Below the pieces are notes generated by a model, which was not told where the DNA came from, did no database searches, and saw only the letters and a list, made by a program, of their open reading frames with translations. Below are positions 61,919 to 64,000 of a DNA stretch of 64,000 nucleotides, piece after piece; within the stretch, counting starts at the first letter, position 1; each line of letters opens with the position of its first letter. The stretch comes from Basidiobolus meristosporus CBS 931.73 (taxonomy: Eukaryota > Fungi > Basidiobolomycota): positions 1 through 64,000 of the forward strand of contig MCFE01000273.1 in NCBI GenBank assembly GCA_002104905.1. Direction: 5' to 3'. A program made the position numbers and the translations under genes.

Positions 61919-62647
61919 TGCAATTGCTTTGAATTGCTCACATTTGTAATGATCCCAACAACCCTTTTTTTTTGCGATCCAAATTGAGCCATTGCAAATC
62001 AGTGATCATCAAATTTTTGATATAAGTAATATCAAGGTTGTCTCACATTTGAGACAGAACCCCTATAAATAAACACCCTGCATATATATACATCATCTGT
62101 AATACCAGTGCAGCTATTGGATCTGTTTCACACCTACACAATTGCTTGCGTGCTGCTATGACACCTTGTCCAATCATTCGGATCAGGGATTTACTTGCTC
62201 AATGGGCAAAATGGGATATTTGATGGCAAATCAGGTAGCTTTTTCAGTAGTCAATGAGCCAATTGGGGGCTGCCAGCTTCAGGATACTTTTGGACCAATT
62301 AACCACTGAGATACCGTCCAATTGGAGTGAGGGTAACCAAAATGGTAAGTATCAGTGTAGTTTATATTGTGATACACATTTATTTCCATTTACATTAAAG
62401 AAACATATCTAAATACCGGATTTTACCTGCCATAATAGCGGTATCCAATTGCGCACGTGATGCAAACATTACAAGTTGGCACAATCATCCATGCCAACCT
62501 CATTGTGTCAGATTGTGCCATAGTGTTCAAGATTGTCCCGCATAGTGCAAAATTGTCCAAGAACAATCCTGCCTTCTGGTAGCTATAATATTGCGCCAGA
62601 TTGCTCTTTACACTGCGCACCCTGGCACGGTACAATAGAAAAAGTCT

Positions 62648-64000
62648 AATATCAATGTGATGTATTTAAACTTGGTTACAGGTGCAAAGGTCTCAGTACA
62701 GTCAAGTCCTTTTGTTTGACAGTATCTTATGGCCACAAGTCTTGCTTTGTATCTTTCAATTGAACCATCAGCCTTGTATTTTGTCTTCAAGACCCATCTG
62801 CATCCAATTGATTTTTGGTTGATTAGTAATTTGACTAAGTCACAAATTTGATTTTCCAGCAGGGCCTGATATTCATCAGTAATTGCAGATCTCCAAAACT
62901 TTGTCTGAAGGCTATTAAGGCCTCTTTGCAGTCTGGGGCTCATCAATATGGACTGAATAGGCAGAGTCTAAGTTTGTACCCCCATTGATATAGTAATTTG
63001 GGTTATTTCTTGTTCAATCAGATCTCCTGGCATTTGATACTAGAATGATCACATCTGGGATATTCCTGGCCACTGATTCTGGCTGAACCATGGTTGTAGA
63101 GTCCTCTGGCATGAAGAAACTCACAATGTTTTGCTCTGATTCAATCCTGACAATTGGTGGACTTGAGATCAGATTTTTGTCATCATACAATGTCTTTTTT
63201 TGTGAAAATTTTGAATTTTCATCAAACAACACATCCCTGGACTTGATTAGCTTCTTTGCTGTAGTATTGTAGAGTCTGTATGCTTTAATCTCATTGCAGT
63301 AGCCCAAAAATATGAATTTTACACTTTTTGGCTCAGATTTTGACTGATTTCTGGGCAGTTTCTTGGCATATGCTGTACACCCAAATATTCTTAGATGTTC
63401 TGCACTGGGTCTGTACCCATACCATGCTTCAAATGGAGTAGAAACACAAAGTATTCTGCTTTAACTCCTACTTTTAAGGTATACAGCATTGGCAAATGAT
63501 TCTGCCCAAAAATCATAGGATAATTTTTGATCATGAATCATAGATCTTGGCATATCAATTAATGATCTATCAGCACATTCTGCTACTCTGTTTTGCTGTG
63601 TGGAGTGTGGTACAGTAGTCTCTTGCTTTATCCCATGAATTTTGCAGAAGTGGATGAAGAGTTTTGAGGTATGTTCTCCACCATTGTCAGAGTGTATTTT
63701 CTTGATTTTTTCACTGGTTTCTGCCTCCACCATAGCTTTAAGCTCCCTGAGCTTAGACAGAGCATCTTTCTTTCTCTCCATGAAGTAGACCCATGCATAT
63801 TGTATGATCATCAATAAAGGTGATTAAATACTTCATCCTGCCTAACAATAAATTTTGTATAGGTCCACACAGATCTGGGTGAATAAGATCTAATTTTTTC
63901 TTGGTTTTGATTAGCCCAGAGCTCTTGAACGGTTGTCTGGCTTGTTTCCCATATATGCAGGCTTCACAGTGTTCCAAATTAGCTGAGAGATCAATTTTTA
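62648..64000 (-). mobile_element. Copia B fragment B3 (integrase to RT start), runs off the window end
   Basis: ORFs 62608-62946 (YKARLVA), 63014-63307, 63461-63814 (SDNGGEH), 63753-63977; collinear with 47256-48610. Confidence 0.92.

Larger units (their letters stand above)
59365..62647. mobile_element. Harbinger-like element H2 (3283 bp)
   Basis: Left TIR AGACTTGTTCCATTGGATAGTGCC at 59365; right TIR GGCACGGTACAATAGAAAAAGTCT ending at 62647; collinear with H1. Confidence 0.9.

Overview
AT-rich eukaryotic DNA, probably fungal (inferred from the element types). It is made almost entirely of nested, decaying transposable elements; I found no host gene, RNA gene or CRISPR array. I resolved the following families. 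(1) A CACTA/EnSpm-like (Tnp2-family) unit of about 5.0 kb with a transposase and an opposite-strand partner ORF. It occurs as head-to-tail tandem units and as one exactly unit-length, circularly permuted monomer (14878-19877), with no visible TIRs. (2) A PIF/Harbinger-superfamily (DDE_Tnp_4) element with 24-bp TIRs and ANT-type 3-bp targets: two near-full copies, two fragments and a 733-bp foldback MITE. The copy at 59412-60296 carries the only apparently intact full-length enzyme gene in the window. (3) A chromodomain Ty3/Gypsy element (2865-8780). (4) A non-chromo Ty3/Gypsy family C. (5) Two Ty1/Copia families, A and B, both with a half-tRNA-iMet type PBS. (6) Solo LTRs of two further families, D and E. 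Most insertions could be bounded to the base by LTR or TIR ends and target-site duplications, which gives a clear nesting order. Copies differ mainly by C-to-T/G-to-A changes, with strong CpG decay. All family assignments come from motifs read by eye; no searches were run.
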